Below, one piece after another: positions 49,276 to 58,938 of a DNA stretch of 64,000 nucleotides; the first letter of the stretch is position 1; each line of letters opens with the position of its first letter. The stretch lies in the NCBI GenBank assembly GCA_963748055.1, contig CAVVII010000003.1:68278-132277 (forward strand). The letters are read 5' to 3'. The DNA comes from an uncultured Verrucomicrobiae bacterium. Its GTDB lineage: Bacteria; Verrucomicrobiota; Verrucomicrobiia; Chthoniobacterales; JAFAMB01. The notes under the pieces are model-generated. The model made no database searches, was not told where the DNA came from, and saw nothing but the letters and a program-made list of their open reading frames with translations. The translations under genes and the position numbers were made by a program.

Positions 49276-50538
49276 CTAGTTCCAAAGGTAGGCGAAAGTT
49301 TTGTTTTGGGTCATAACGTCGAGAGCTAGGAGGTTGCGCAGGCCAGGCCTCGTCCAGAACTGGCCGGTGCGCTTGAAACGATCTTGGAACTGGCTGCATT
49401 GTGACTCCACTGCACCGGATCCGATCGGAGCGCCACGCTCCGCCACAGCTTGGTAATCAAGATGATCACGGTGATTGAGGAAGTATTGGATCTGACGTTG
49501 GAGCTGAGGGTCGGCTGAGTCATCGTGCGCCGATTCATCTTGAAGAGATGTCTTTGGGAGTATTTCTTCGAGGCGCGTGATGACGCGCGAACTTTCACCG
49601 TGACGCAACTGGTGTAGCAGCGGTTCGACAAAGACGCGTGCGGCCTCAGCATCATTGGCGTAGAGATAATGGGCCAGTTCCCATAGACGCTGGCTGGCGT
49701 GATAAAAGTCCAGCGTCTGGGTTGTGCCGCTAAAACGATCTTCGATCAAGGACCACAGCCAGACGGCCCCATCGACGACGACGAAGACTTCCTGAGCCCG
49801 AGCCATACCGCAACGCAGCGCCTCCTTTTGCACGGTAGCCCCGAACTCCAGCACATCGGTGCCGGGCGGACAGGCCACGACTTTCTTTTGTGTCAACACT
49901 CCCCGGTCGGAGGCTGTCTCTGCCCGATGATCGAGCCGGTAAATAACCCCGGATTTGACTTCATGCCATGCGACGCGTTCGGCATCTTGGCAATCCGGTG
50001 GTGCGGCCCATTGCGGCCCGCGTTCACGTACCATCCAACCATCGAGCATGATCACAAGCGAAAAGGGCGCTTCGTTCTTGGGTGCTCCTGTAGGTGCGGG
50101 TATCACCTGCTGGTGTACCTGCAAGCCGATGCTCTGCACCTGACTATGGACCAAGTCATCACTGATCGTAGTGCCCCAGCAGCTAGCCAACAGTGCGGCT
50201 TTCTGGTAGGAACCGATTTGGGTCGCGGTGTAACGGAGCCTCTCCTGTAGTTGCGGGCTGACACGCTCATAAGGAGTCAATTCCCACTGTTCGCGTGCCG
50301 GAGAAAGCCACCGCTGCATGAGGCTCGAAAAACCGTAGGCAGCTCGCACGGTCACTGTCCCCACACAGGTCATCAGTGAGAACTCACGCATGCGCACATA
50401 TTTCAATACCAGACCGCTTTGCGGACAGACCGCCTCGATTTGATCCGCCTGCGCTTGGAGCCGCTCCTCCAACCGCTGACGGGTCCACTCGCGGCCTTCG
50501 GCTAGCGTTTGGGCTTCAGCTTCGAGCAGGACTTTCAT
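49276..50538 (-). CDS. ISKra4-like DDE transposase, copy B, 420 aa, intact
   Basis: Collinear with 31960-33222, with about 9 amino-acid differences by eye (e.g. EAICP/EAVCP, RLREF/RMREF, HLHYQ/HLDYQ). Confidence 0.75.
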   Translation of the reverse strand: MKVLLEAEAQTLAEGREWTRQRLEERLQAQADQIEAVCPQSGLVLKYVRMREFSLMTCVGTVTVRAAYGFSSLMQRWLSPAREQWELTPYERVSPQLQERLRYTATQIGSYQKAALLASCWGTTISDDLVHSQVQSIGLQVHQQVIPAPTGAPKNEAPFSLVIMLDGWMVRERGPQWAAPPDCQDAERVAWHEVKSGVIYRLDHRAETASDRGVLTQKKVVACPPGTDVLEFGATVQKEALRCGMARAQEVFVVVDGAVWLWSLIEDRFSGTTQTLDFYHASQRLWELAHYLYANDAEAARVFVEPLLHQLRHGESSRVITRLEEILPKTSLQDESAHDDSADPQLQRQIQYFLNHRDHLDYQAVAERGAPIGSGAVESQCSQFQDRFKRTGQFWTRPGLRNLLALDVMTQNKTFAYLWN

Positions 50539-50772
50539 CTATAGCCGGTAGAGATAAACTGCTTTGGGCGGCACGCTCAGAGTCCGGTCGCGGTCGTAGC
50601 GGCTGCGACCGCGCGTTTGGCCAACACAACGCCAGTTGGCGGCCTGATAACAGGTGCCACGAAAACGTCCCACCTCCACAAAGCTCTCCAGCCAATCCAA
50701 GCCGTGTCCGTATTTTTGTTGCCAGTCCGCATTGATTCGCCGCGCCACCAAAGCCAGCAGATGACTGGCTAG
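50539..50772 (-). pseudogene. DUF4338 gene of copy B, C-terminal piece
   Basis: LASHLLALVARRINADWQQKYGHGLDWLESFVEVGRFRGTCYQAANWRCVGQTRGRSRYDRDRTLSVPPKAVYLYRL is identical in pattern to the end of 31111-31959. Confidence 0.8.
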
Positions 50773-51414
50773 TATTATATGTTAAGTAGAGTGTAATTTT
50801 AGGAAAGGTGGCGTGGAATAGGGAAGTGTGGTGATTCAGCAGCAAGGCGGATATTGAGGATCTTTAACGTAGAGCAGAAGTTTTTTTTTGCGCAAGGTAG
50901 ATGGTCAGGATGAACAAGTAAGCGATGGCGCTCAGGACAAGATAATGATGAAAGCCGCGCCAGGATCTGCCTCGAAGTGATCGAGTCACAGATCATCTTT
51001 GGAACGCTGGAAATACTGTTCAACGTGCCAACGTGAACGACTTAGCCTCAGACAATGGGCTTTGGACGGTTGGCGATGAAAATGGGCTAAATAACAATGG
51101 TAAGGCTCTTGAGCTCCTTGGCCAATCGACCACGAGCCAGACTTTTTCCAATTGGCCATAGGGCTCTTTGAGACCACGAGCCAGAAAGACCTCTTGCCAA
51201 GCGATGCGTGTGGAGTGTCTTTGGCCACCAGCAGTTGTCCAGGAGCAATGCTTCCAAGCTTCGGTGGGCAACCAACGCACTATATCCATAAGGTGGCGTG
51301 CGCGAGCGGCAAGCCCTTCATCGGCTAGCTGCCGGTATTTGCCTTTGAGTACGGTTGGTACCTCTTGGATCCACCCAAGATGTTCCTCGGGAGTCACTTG
51401 TAGGAAAAATTCTA

Positions 51415-52620
51415 GTGTAGTGTCCAACAAATAACTGGACAGCTTTGGGTTGGTAGAGTTACAAACTGGGGCATGCCATCCGGACTGCCGGTGATTCAAT
51501 TGAGCACGAGAGAGCAGGAAGAAATCGGACGCTGGCTGACCTCACACGGAACTCCCCAGCAGGTGGCCTTGCGCAGTCGGATCGTGCTGGCCGCGACCGC
51601 CGGTCGATCCGACAGTGCCGTCGCTCAAGAGCTGGAGATCAATCGAAAGACAGTCGTGTTGTGGCGAAGGCGCTTTGCGCAAGAGGGTATCGACAGCTTA
51701 TGGGAAGTGGCGCCGGGTCGAGGACGCAAGCTCACCTTTGGCCCAGACAAGATCGAGGCCATTGTCAACGCGACGCTTCAGGCCAAGCCAAAAGGGATGA
51801 CGCAATGGAGTTGCCGCTTGATGGCTAAAAACCAGAACGTCAGCAAGTCCACCGTCAGTAACATCTGGCGCAGTCACAATCTCAAGCCGCATCGGGTGAA
51901 GAGCTTCAAATTATCGCGGGATGCTCGCTTTCTGGAGAAGTTGACCGACGTGGTCGGACTGTATTTGAATCCTCCGCAGCAAGCCCTGGTGCTCTGTGTG
52001 GATGAGAAGAGCCAGATTCAGGCTTTGGATCGAACGCAGCCGGGCCTGCCGCTCAAAAAAGGCCGTTGCGCACGATGACTCACGACTACAAACGCAATGG
52101 CACGACCACGCTCTTTGCCGCGTTGGAAGTCCTCCAAGGCAAGGTCGTGGGTCAATGTTACAAACGGCACCGGCACCAGGAATTCTTAAAGTTTCTGCGA
52201 CGGCTAGAGCAGGAGTTTCCCGGCCAGACCACCCTGCACCTCGTGATGGACAACTACGGGACACACAAGCATCCCAAGGTGCAAGCCTGGCTCAAAGGAC
52301 ATCCTCGTTTTCCCCGGACTTCGTGCCGACGAGTTCCAGTTGGTTAAATCTGGTGGAACGGTGGTTTGGAGAACTCACTTCCAAACGAGTCCGACGTGGA
52401 TCCTTCAGCAGCGTCAAAGATCTGCAAAAGGCTATTGGCGAGTTTCTGGCGGCTTGGAATGAAAATCCAAAACCCTTTGTCTGGACGGCCACAGTGCAAT
52501 CGATTCAGAAAAAGCTGGCTCATTGCCGACAAACCCTCGAGCAGGTCCAGCCCGGCTGCACCCAGCCGCGCAAAAGAAAACCCAAGAAACCCCTGTCCAG
52601 TTAATTCTTGGACACTACAC
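51415..52620 (+). mobile_element. IS630-family insertion sequence, 1206 bp, inside IS701 copy B
   Basis: The terminal IRs are GTGTAGTGTCCAACAAATAACTGGACAG and the reverse complement GTGTAGTGTCCAAGAATTAACTGGACAG (26/28). It is flanked by a TA duplication (51413-51414 and 52621-52622) within the CTAG of ...CACCTAGAATTT... of the IS701 transposase gene. Confidence 0.85.
51473..52604 (+). pseudogene. IS630-family transposase read in three frames
   Basis: ...LSTREQEEIGRWL...VVLWRRRFAQEGIDSL...LCVDEKSQIQALDRTQPGLPLKK | (R)PLRTMTHDYKRNGTTTLFAALEVLQGKV...LHLVMDNYGTHKHPKVQAWLKGHPRF | SPDFVPTSSSWLNLVERWFGELT.... There is a -1 shift at the A6 run (52055-52060) and a second -1 shift at T4C4 (52308-52315). 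Confidence 0.8.
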
Positions 52621-53326
52621 TAGGTGAAGCTTGGAGGGTTGGGGAAAGCAAAGCTATCGCCGAATGCGGCGTACAGCACAGGGAGAGGAGCAACTTCATC
52701 GGCTAGCGCCTGCTCAATCAATTCCAGAGCGATCTGGCTCTTGGTTGCAAAAGTGATCTCCGGTGGCACTCCGGCTTTCGTGCGACGTGCGGCATCTGCG
52801 GCCCAGCTCTGCGGCAAATAAAGCCGTCCGGCCACTGGCGCGGCCACAAAGCCATTACTGACAACTAACTCCACGCTGACTTGGCAATTGTCTTGTTTGC
52901 CGACGCTATTGCAATACTGATGATGGACTCCCACCGAATGCTTGCCTGTTTTAGCCATCCGGTCTCATCGACAATCCATGCCTCGATCGGCTCAAAATGC
53001 GGAATGACTTCTTGGCGAATCACCCGCCAAAGTTGCTCTTCATCCCAAGGACTATCGGTAATGAACTGCTGCAATCGTTGCGGATCTAAACCCAGCCTGG
53101 CTGCCATCGGTTCAATGGATTTACGCTGCCCAGGCATCAGCAAGCCAGAGATATAACTTGCTGCGGCAACCCGTCGCTCACTACGGCCCAACGGAGCAGC
53201 TACCGGCACCATGAACGCTTTGAATCGCTCAATGCTTCGCTGCCACAATCGGGCGTTCCACTCCACGCCCTATTGTGTTACGAAAAGGTGCTACCGCTCA
53301 GCAAGAAAATACTTAACAAAGTAATC

Positions 53327-53944
53327 TAGATGCGGTACCCGCACATGGGGCAAAATCAAAAACCGACTGTTGTTGGCTATCCGGTGAAGTCCAATCAGAC
53401 GCTCCGATTCGCTCCAGTCCAAGTGCCGATCGCGCGGCGCGCAGCGCCAAGCCGCAGCCCCAAAGAGCAGCACAGCCAAATCCCGCCCTGAGCTATCACG
53501 TGCCAGATACCCGATGTTTTGCCCCACGACGTGCCATCCCAAATAGTGGTAGCGATCTAAGTAAAATGCCACTCGCCGCGCCCGGTCGCTGCCGGCTTCC
53601 ACCCAATCGAGCTGTACAGGCCGTACTTGCTCCAACTCCGCGCACAGTGGCTCCGGTGTGTGCTCAAAATTCGCCTTCAGCCACCCAACCGTTTGCGGCC
53701 CACTCCTTTTGTATTCTCGCACAGGCGGCAGTTCGATCAGTTCGCGCTCGGCTAGCTTGAGCAGAAAACTGCGTGCCGCAAAATCCTTCAGCCGCCCCAT
53801 GCCGTTGCGCCAATCCCACAACACGCATAGCTCCCGTGCCAAGCGCTTCCGACTCCAATCCACATGCGCCCCTATCCACCCACGCAACCATTCTAGGGCT
53901 TCTTGCGATATCGTTCGTCCCTGACAGATCACCGGCAACAACAT
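53327..53944 (-). pseudogene. DUF4338 gene of copy B, N-terminal piece
   Basis: MLLPVICQGRTISQEALEWLRGW...HRIANNSRFLILPHVRVPHL then runs into the IS701 end. A few substitutions relative to copy A. Confidence 0.8.
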
Positions 53945-54053
53945 GCAGCTCTTTCTTCCATGGAAAAGTAAAGTAGGCCAGCAAAAATTTTAACAAATCG
54001 GAGATGCGCCCACCTGTAGCTGCGCCTCATTAACGATCCGCTTCCACATACGC

Positions 54054-54588
54054 TCACTCTTTTCTCTCTGCGTTTAAGCCTCCTGCATTGCCTTCAAAGC
54101 TTCGCAAGTCAGCGCTACGAAATTCCCCCGGCTCCCGCGCCGAACGTCCGCCAAAAAGGCCATTTGGAAAGAGCCGCGGCGACATGGCGTACATAGGCGC
54201 GCGCTCCGGATAGAAACCAAGTAGCGTGCCGGTGGCCAACACCTGAGACTCAGGACAAGCTTCGCTCCTTGGAAAAGCACGCCAAGAGAACACCAGAAGC
54301 GCCTCCCATACTTTTCATTATAGCGCGACCGGCGAGAGTAAAGACTTCGTTGACACTACTGGGGTCCGTATCTCGAAGCACGTCGATGGCAGCCCTCGCG
54401 TCACGCGCGATCGTCGTGCCGTGATCACCATCTCGAAGGCCACGGTCCAATTCATTGAGGTGCTCACGCTTCGCAGTGACGTTCTCCAGGGCGCGTGATA
54501 TTAGCCGGCGGGTTTGTTGAATGTTTGGGCTCATGGTAGTCAGGATGGGTAATCCATAGGTGACATTCGGGTGCGCTGAATCACACAC
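54054..54588 (-). pseudogene. Degraded inverted copy of the dhaL-like / TIM-like gene pair
   Basis: MSPNIQQTRRLISRALENVTAKREHLNELDRGLRDGDHGTTIARDARAAIDVLRD...NEVFTLAGRAIMKSMGGASGVL parallels 36746-37050. It is followed by ...SQVLATGTLLGF and a tail ...RGSRGNFVALTCEALKAMQEA, which parallels the last residues of 37451-38227. Most of both genes is deleted. Confidence 0.6.
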
Positions 54589-54695
54589 AACATTCCAGTG
54601 TTACTTAACAGAGCGCATTCGTCCAATTGACCACCGTCAACTTTGGATCGCGCTTGTGGGTAAATTTGTTTCGTTGGATATTTTTCCGAGCAGTG

Positions 54696-54825
54696 CTCTA
54701 AGAGCGCCACTCCGGCATTGTTTACCAAGATGTTGATCGCGCCGAATGTAGTTAGTTAGCCCGGCCGCAATTGCGGCTTCTCTTTGGTCCGCCTGCGTAA
54801 CGCCGTGTATTGGCTCATGTCTGAT
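54696..54825 (-). pseudogene. SDR fragment (paralogue of 28252-29022)
   Basis: ...VTQADQREAAIAAGLTNY | (L)VNNAGVALLE compares with ...ITQTNQREAAIAAGLTTFGAIDILVNNAGVALLE of the intact SDR. Only about 40 codons survive, with a frame change. Confidence 0.5.
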
Positions 54826-54986
54826 GCGATTCAACAAAGGAGCGGAGGCATCCAGGAATTGGAACGGACCGAAAAGGATATGATGAACCTTAAAGCCCGC
54901 ACCGAGGAGCTTCGCCGGACTTTCATGGACATCAACAGCGGCCATGGAAAGAGCGAAGGCCGGAGGCAATCCGCGAGTTCTGCCGG

Positions 54987-55942
54987 CTAATAGTTTGAAT
55001 TCGGGTCGTAATATCTATTGACGTTGTCAGCGTTGACTTCGTCTGCCGGAATGACCGTGATCTTTTCTTTAGGGAGGTTTCGTTGAGCAATGTCGACAGC
55101 CGCTTTCACGCAATCCTTAACCATCACGGGCGAATACAGGAAGGTCATCATCGTCGGAGTTTTAACGCTCTTGATGGCGTCGTAGAATTCCTTGGCGCCG
55201 CCCGCCGCGGTAATAATCGAGACATCTTTCCGTTGGGCCTCTTGAACTGCTTTTAAAGCGCCCAAGGCCATCTCGTCATCGAGACAAATAACGGCATCAA
55301 TGCGCTTTTGGGCTTGAAGCATGTTTTGCAGGATATTGAAACCGCATTCCTTGGTCGAAGGTCCGCCAAGATTCGCCACAAGTTTGATATTAGGATACGC
55401 TTTCAAGCCTTCCGTTACGCCTTCCGTCCGCAGGGAATTAACCGAGCTCGGGGGAAGCGTGAGCAAGGCGACATTTCCTTGCCCATTCAGTGTTTGAGCG
55501 ATGAACTTCGCAGCGTTTAGTCCGATTCCCTTGTTATCCCCTTTGATCAGAATAGCGTAGTCCTGGGCATAAAGCTCACGATCAAATACGATCAACGGAA
55601 TCCCGGCCTCTTAATCTTTTTAGTTTCTTTTTAACGACCGGCGTCATTGACTCCGATTCAACCGGCATCACAATGGCATTCACTTTTTGAGTAATCAGAT
55701 CCTCGATGTCGCCGGCTTGCTTGTTCGGGTTATCCGCCGTGGTGATAAGGTATTTGACCCGGTATTTGACCCCTAATGCCTTGGCTTGGTTCTCTGCATT
55801 TGTGATCACCGCTCCAACCGTCCGTAGTCGGCGGCCGGGAAGACATGCCAATGACAATTTCTTTGGCCTGAACAGTGATCACTATGAATGCCGTCAGTAA
55901 TAGTAAAACCAAGATAGGTGGTGTTCTGGGGTGTTTGCTCAC
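54987..55942 (-). pseudogene. Periplasmic sugar-binding protein (RbsB type), two frameshifts
   Basis: The signal peptide MSKHPRTPPILVLLLLTAFIVITVQA is in ORF 55730-55942, the middle part in 55582-55857, and the C-terminal two thirds in 54987-55595 (...IDAVICLDDEMALGALKA...). Confidence 0.7.
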
Positions 55943-56144
55943 GCTTTTTTCTCCTTTTTAATTTGTCATTGCGGTAGCTTCTTTACGCTGGATTTGCCAT
56001 GGGTACCGAGCGATGTCTCATGGTAAGGGCATGATGCGGTCTTGATCGGATCCCATGTGTCTCGTTGCTGACTCTTTTCACTGTCTTTAATCTCACCGAC
56101 TCGTGAATTTTTATTCACTTTAATGTCGCACCAATTCCGCCATA

Positions 56145-56500
56145 CTAGTGTTATGTCGCATAAATAACTATACGTAAGATTCATGCGGCTTTCTTTAGCC
56201 CTCTTTTCGGTTTTGTGCATCCTGGAGAGATTTTCTCTAACCGCTGACGACACCTTTCAATCTTTGCCAAGATGTCCTCCGCTTTGGCTGTCCAGACGAA
56301 TGGCCTCGGCTCTTCATTCCATTGTGCAATGAAGTCGAAGATAGCTTCAATTAAGTCAGGCACACTGGCAAAGCTGCCTCGCCGTACGGCCTTGCCGCTG
56401 AGTTCGGCAAACCAGCGTTCCACCAAGTTGAGCCAACTCGAACTGGTTGGGATGTAATGAACTTTGAAGGCCCTTTCTGCGCTTAGATTCGCTCGTTCTC
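56145..56500 (-). mobile_element. 3' remnant of a third IS630-family element
   Basis: ...FKVHYIPTSSSWLNLVERWFAELSGKAVRRGSFASVPDLIEAIFDFIAQWNEEPRPFVWTAKAEDILAKIERCRQ... is followed by an end resembling the other IS630 termini (...TTATGCGACATAACACTAGTA, complement of about 56143-56165). The 5' two thirds are absent, and it abuts the permease stop. Confidence 0.6.
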
Positions 56501-56507
56501 ATGGTCT

Positions 56508-57431
56508 TCAGATCTCCTTGTAGACGTATTTCACGTAAAGGCGGGATAGAATAGTGGCAATGATCAACAACACCACAGCTTGTGCCGAAGCCATCCCCTG
56601 GTCGAATACGCGAAAACCAATGCGCTGTATATACACACTGATGAGTTCAGTCGCCGAACCGGGACCACCGCGAGTCATCGTGTAAACAACGTCGAACAGC
56701 TTAAGGATGTCCGCCGTTCGCAGGATCAGGATAACGGTGATGCCGGGCAACATGAACGGGAGCTGCACTTTCCAGAGTATGTGCCACCATTTTTCCGTTT
56801 CGAGGCGAGCTGCCTCCTCGATCTCAAGCGGCACCATGGTCAGGCTCGAAAACAAGATAAGGGCGCAGAAAGGCGTCCATTGCCAGTCTTCCATGATCGA
56901 GATGGAAACGAAGGCAAGGTTCGGATCGGCCAGCCAATCGAGTTTGTGTCCGAAAACCAGATTCCAGAAATAGTTTAGCACCCCAAAGTCCCGATTGAAC
57001 ATGAGCCGGCCTGACAGCCCGACAACAGCGAACGTGGTGGCCAGCGGAATGACCAGCGCGACACGGCCTATGTTCTTCATGAGCTCATTGCCGGGTCTAT
57101 GCAGCAGCAACGCAATCCCCATCCCGAGCGCCAGCTGAATCGGCAAGTTGAGCACCAGGAAAAACAAGGTTCGACCGAGCGCCTCCCGGAATGATTGGTC
57201 GGTGAGCAGGGCCAGGTAGTTTCCGCCCCAGTTAAAAGGCGCGTCGAATAGCGGCCAGATTCCCAAAAAACTTCCCTGTGAATGAACTTTCGGCAAGATA
57301 AACTGGTGCAACGAGTTCCAGACGGCAAAGAGCAGGGGAAAAATCCCCACAAAGAACAATACGATCACGGCCGGGGAAAGGAAATACCAAGCCCCGGAAG
57401 AGTAGGTTTTCTTTTCGGTTCTCGCTTTCAT
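56508..57431 (-). CDS. CUT1-type ABC permease (MalF/UgpA-like), 307 aa
   Basis: ...SSLTMVPLEIEEAARLETEKWWHILWKVQLPFMLPG... (EAA loop); intact. The expected second permease and ATPase genes downstream are replaced by the IS630 remnant. Confidence 0.9.
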   Translation of the reverse strand: MKARTEKKTYSSGAWYFLSPAVIVLFFVGIFPLLFAVWNSLHQFILPKVHSQGSFLGIWPLFDAPFNWGGNYLALLTDQSFREALGRTLFFLVLNLPIQLALGMGIALLLHRPGNELMKNIGRVALVIPLATTFAVVGLSGRLMFNRDFGVLNYFWNLVFGHKLDWLADPNLAFVSISIMEDWQWTPFCALILFSSLTMVPLEIEEAARLETEKWWHILWKVQLPFMLPGITVILILRTADILKLFDVVYTMTRGGPGSATELISVYIQRIGFRVFDQGMASAQAVVLLIIATILSRLYVKYVYKEI

Positions 57432-57600
57432 CCTGCAGGGCTATTCCAGGTCGGTGTGGCGATCCCGCGCCGCACCGGAAGGTTTTCCCGGTTCGATTTA
57501 ATAACTCAAGGTTTGCAAAGCACCGGGTCAGGCCCCGCTTACGCGGGGCCACGGCCGAAACAGGAACTTCGGCCTTAGACCGTTTCAGTGCTCTCGCGTC

Positions 57601-58938
57601 TCACTGTGCCAGCGGCTTCTTACCGTCGTAATAGCCGGCTTTCTTGAGTGTGTCTTCCACCAGTTTGCAGATCTGCGCCGAGGCCTCCTTGACCGTCGCC
57701 TGGCCAACCATCATCTTGGTGCCCCATTCAGCGACGATGTCGGAAAGTTGGGGCCATTCCGCAAAGCGAGGACGATATTCCGGCACACCTTGCTGCCAGG
57801 ATTCGACCATCGGAGGAATGAACGGGTATTTATCCACCAGTGCTTTGTCCTGGTAGGTCGATTGGCGCCCACTGACACCACCGTTCTCCACATATTCTTT
57901 GGCCTTGGCTTTGGACGTTAACCACTGGATGAACAACCAGGCAGCGCCTTTCTTCTTGTCGTCGACTTGAGTGGTCACCGCGAGCGAAAATCCGCCGAGC
58001 GCGGGTTTACGGCCGTCCGGACCTTTTGGCTCCGGTGCGATCCCGAGTGAATTGACGATTTTCGAAGTCTTCGGATCGACCAGCGTCTGGTAAAACGCGG
58101 ACCACTCGGTGATCATCGCAACCTGCCCCTGGGCAAGGGCATTGACAGCCTCGCTGTGGTCGAAGTCCACGATGCCCGGCGGCATGTATTTCATCAGCTT
58201 CAAGCGGAACTCGAGGCCCTCTTGTGTTTTAGGATCCGAGAGGTTGCACTTGAACTTGGAGTCAAGCAAGGAACCGCCCCAAGGCCAGATGAAACGCATG
58301 AAGCTATCGCAAGACTGCGTTTCTCCACGCCGCGACTGGAGTGCGTAAGCGTACTTGCCGTCTTTGGTCAGCTTCGGAGCGTAGTCCGTAATCAATTGGT
58401 CCCATGTTTCCGGCGGCTTATCGAAACCGGCCGCTTTCAGCATGTCTTTGTTGTAAAAGAGAAGACCGGAGTAGTTATCGAACGGCAAGCCGTAGGTCTT
58501 ACCATTCCAGGTACCGAACGCATTCAATAACAGCGGGAAGAAGTCCTTCAAATCCAGGTCCGGATCAACCAGGTTCGGGAACTTCTTTTGCAGGTCTTCA
58601 ATTGGAACAATCCAACCGGACTCGGCATATTCACCGATCCAGACAAGGTCGACCAGCGCGATCGCAAGATCGCCCTGTGCGCTAAAGTCCAGGACTTCTT
58701 TTTCACGAGAGTTCTCGTAAGGAACGATCTCGTAGGAGACTTTGATGCCAGTCTTCTGCTCGAATTCGGGCAACATTTTGATCGCCGCCCGGTAACCTGG
58801 GCGATCGAGGAAGATCACTTTGATCTCCGTTCCTTTGTAATCCTTCGCCGCTTCTTCGAGGGACCATGCTTGAGCGCTGCTCAAGCCGACCGAAGAGAAC
58901 GCAGCTCCGGCACATAACATGCAGAGGAATTTCTTCAT
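57601..58938 (-). CDS. Extracellular solute-binding protein (family 1), 445 aa
   Basis: Signal peptide MKKFLCMLCAGAAFSSVGLSSAQA; intact. Confidence 0.9.
   Translation of the reverse strand: MKKFLCMLCAGAAFSSVGLSSAQAWSLEEAAKDYKGTEIKVIFLDRPGYRAAIKMLPEFEQKTGIKVSYEIVPYENSREKEVLDFSAQGDLAIALVDLVWIGEYAESGWIVPIEDLQKKFPNLVDPDLDLKDFFPLLLNAFGTWNGKTYGLPFDNYSGLLFYNKDMLKAAGFDKPPETWDQLITDYAPKLTKDGKYAYALQSRRGETQSCDSFMRFIWPWGGSLLDSKFKCNLSDPKTQEGLEFRLKLMKYMPPGIVDFDHSEAVNALAQGQVAMITEWSAFYQTLVDPKTSKIVNSLGIAPEPKGPDGRKPALGGFSLAVTTQVDDKKKGAAWLFIQWLTSKAKAKEYVENGGVSGRQSTYQDKALVDKYPFIPPMVESWQQGVPEYRPRFAEWPQLSDIVAEWGTKMMVGQATVKEASAQICKLVEDTLKKAGYYDGKKPLAQ

Larger units (their letters stand above)
50769..53329 (-). mobile_element. 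IS701-family IS, copy B, inserted in the DUF4338 gene and itself disrupted
   Basis: CTAG lies at both junctions (50769-50772 and 53326-53329), and the same termini as copy A are present. Transposase pieces lie at 52623-53266 (N-terminal) and about 50800-51412 (C-terminal). There are additional small deletions and frameshifts relative to copy A. Confidence 0.8.
49249..54011 (-). mobile_element. DUF4338/ISKra4-like IS, copy B, carrying a nested IS701 copy that carries a nested IS630 copy (4763 bp in total)
   Basis: The termini are the same as in copy A: GGGCGCATCTCCGATTTGTTAAAATTT at 49249 and its complement ending at 54011. The flanking 9-mers AACTGCAGC (49240-49248) and ACCTGTAGC (54012-54020) match at 7/9. 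Confidence 0.85.

Noticed and set aside
49240-54020. Whether the flanks of IS copy B (AACTGCAGC and ACCTGTAGC) are a true target duplication.
   Set aside because: Only 7 of 9 positions match. This is compatible with an old, mutated duplication but also with chance, so it is mentioned as supporting detail only.
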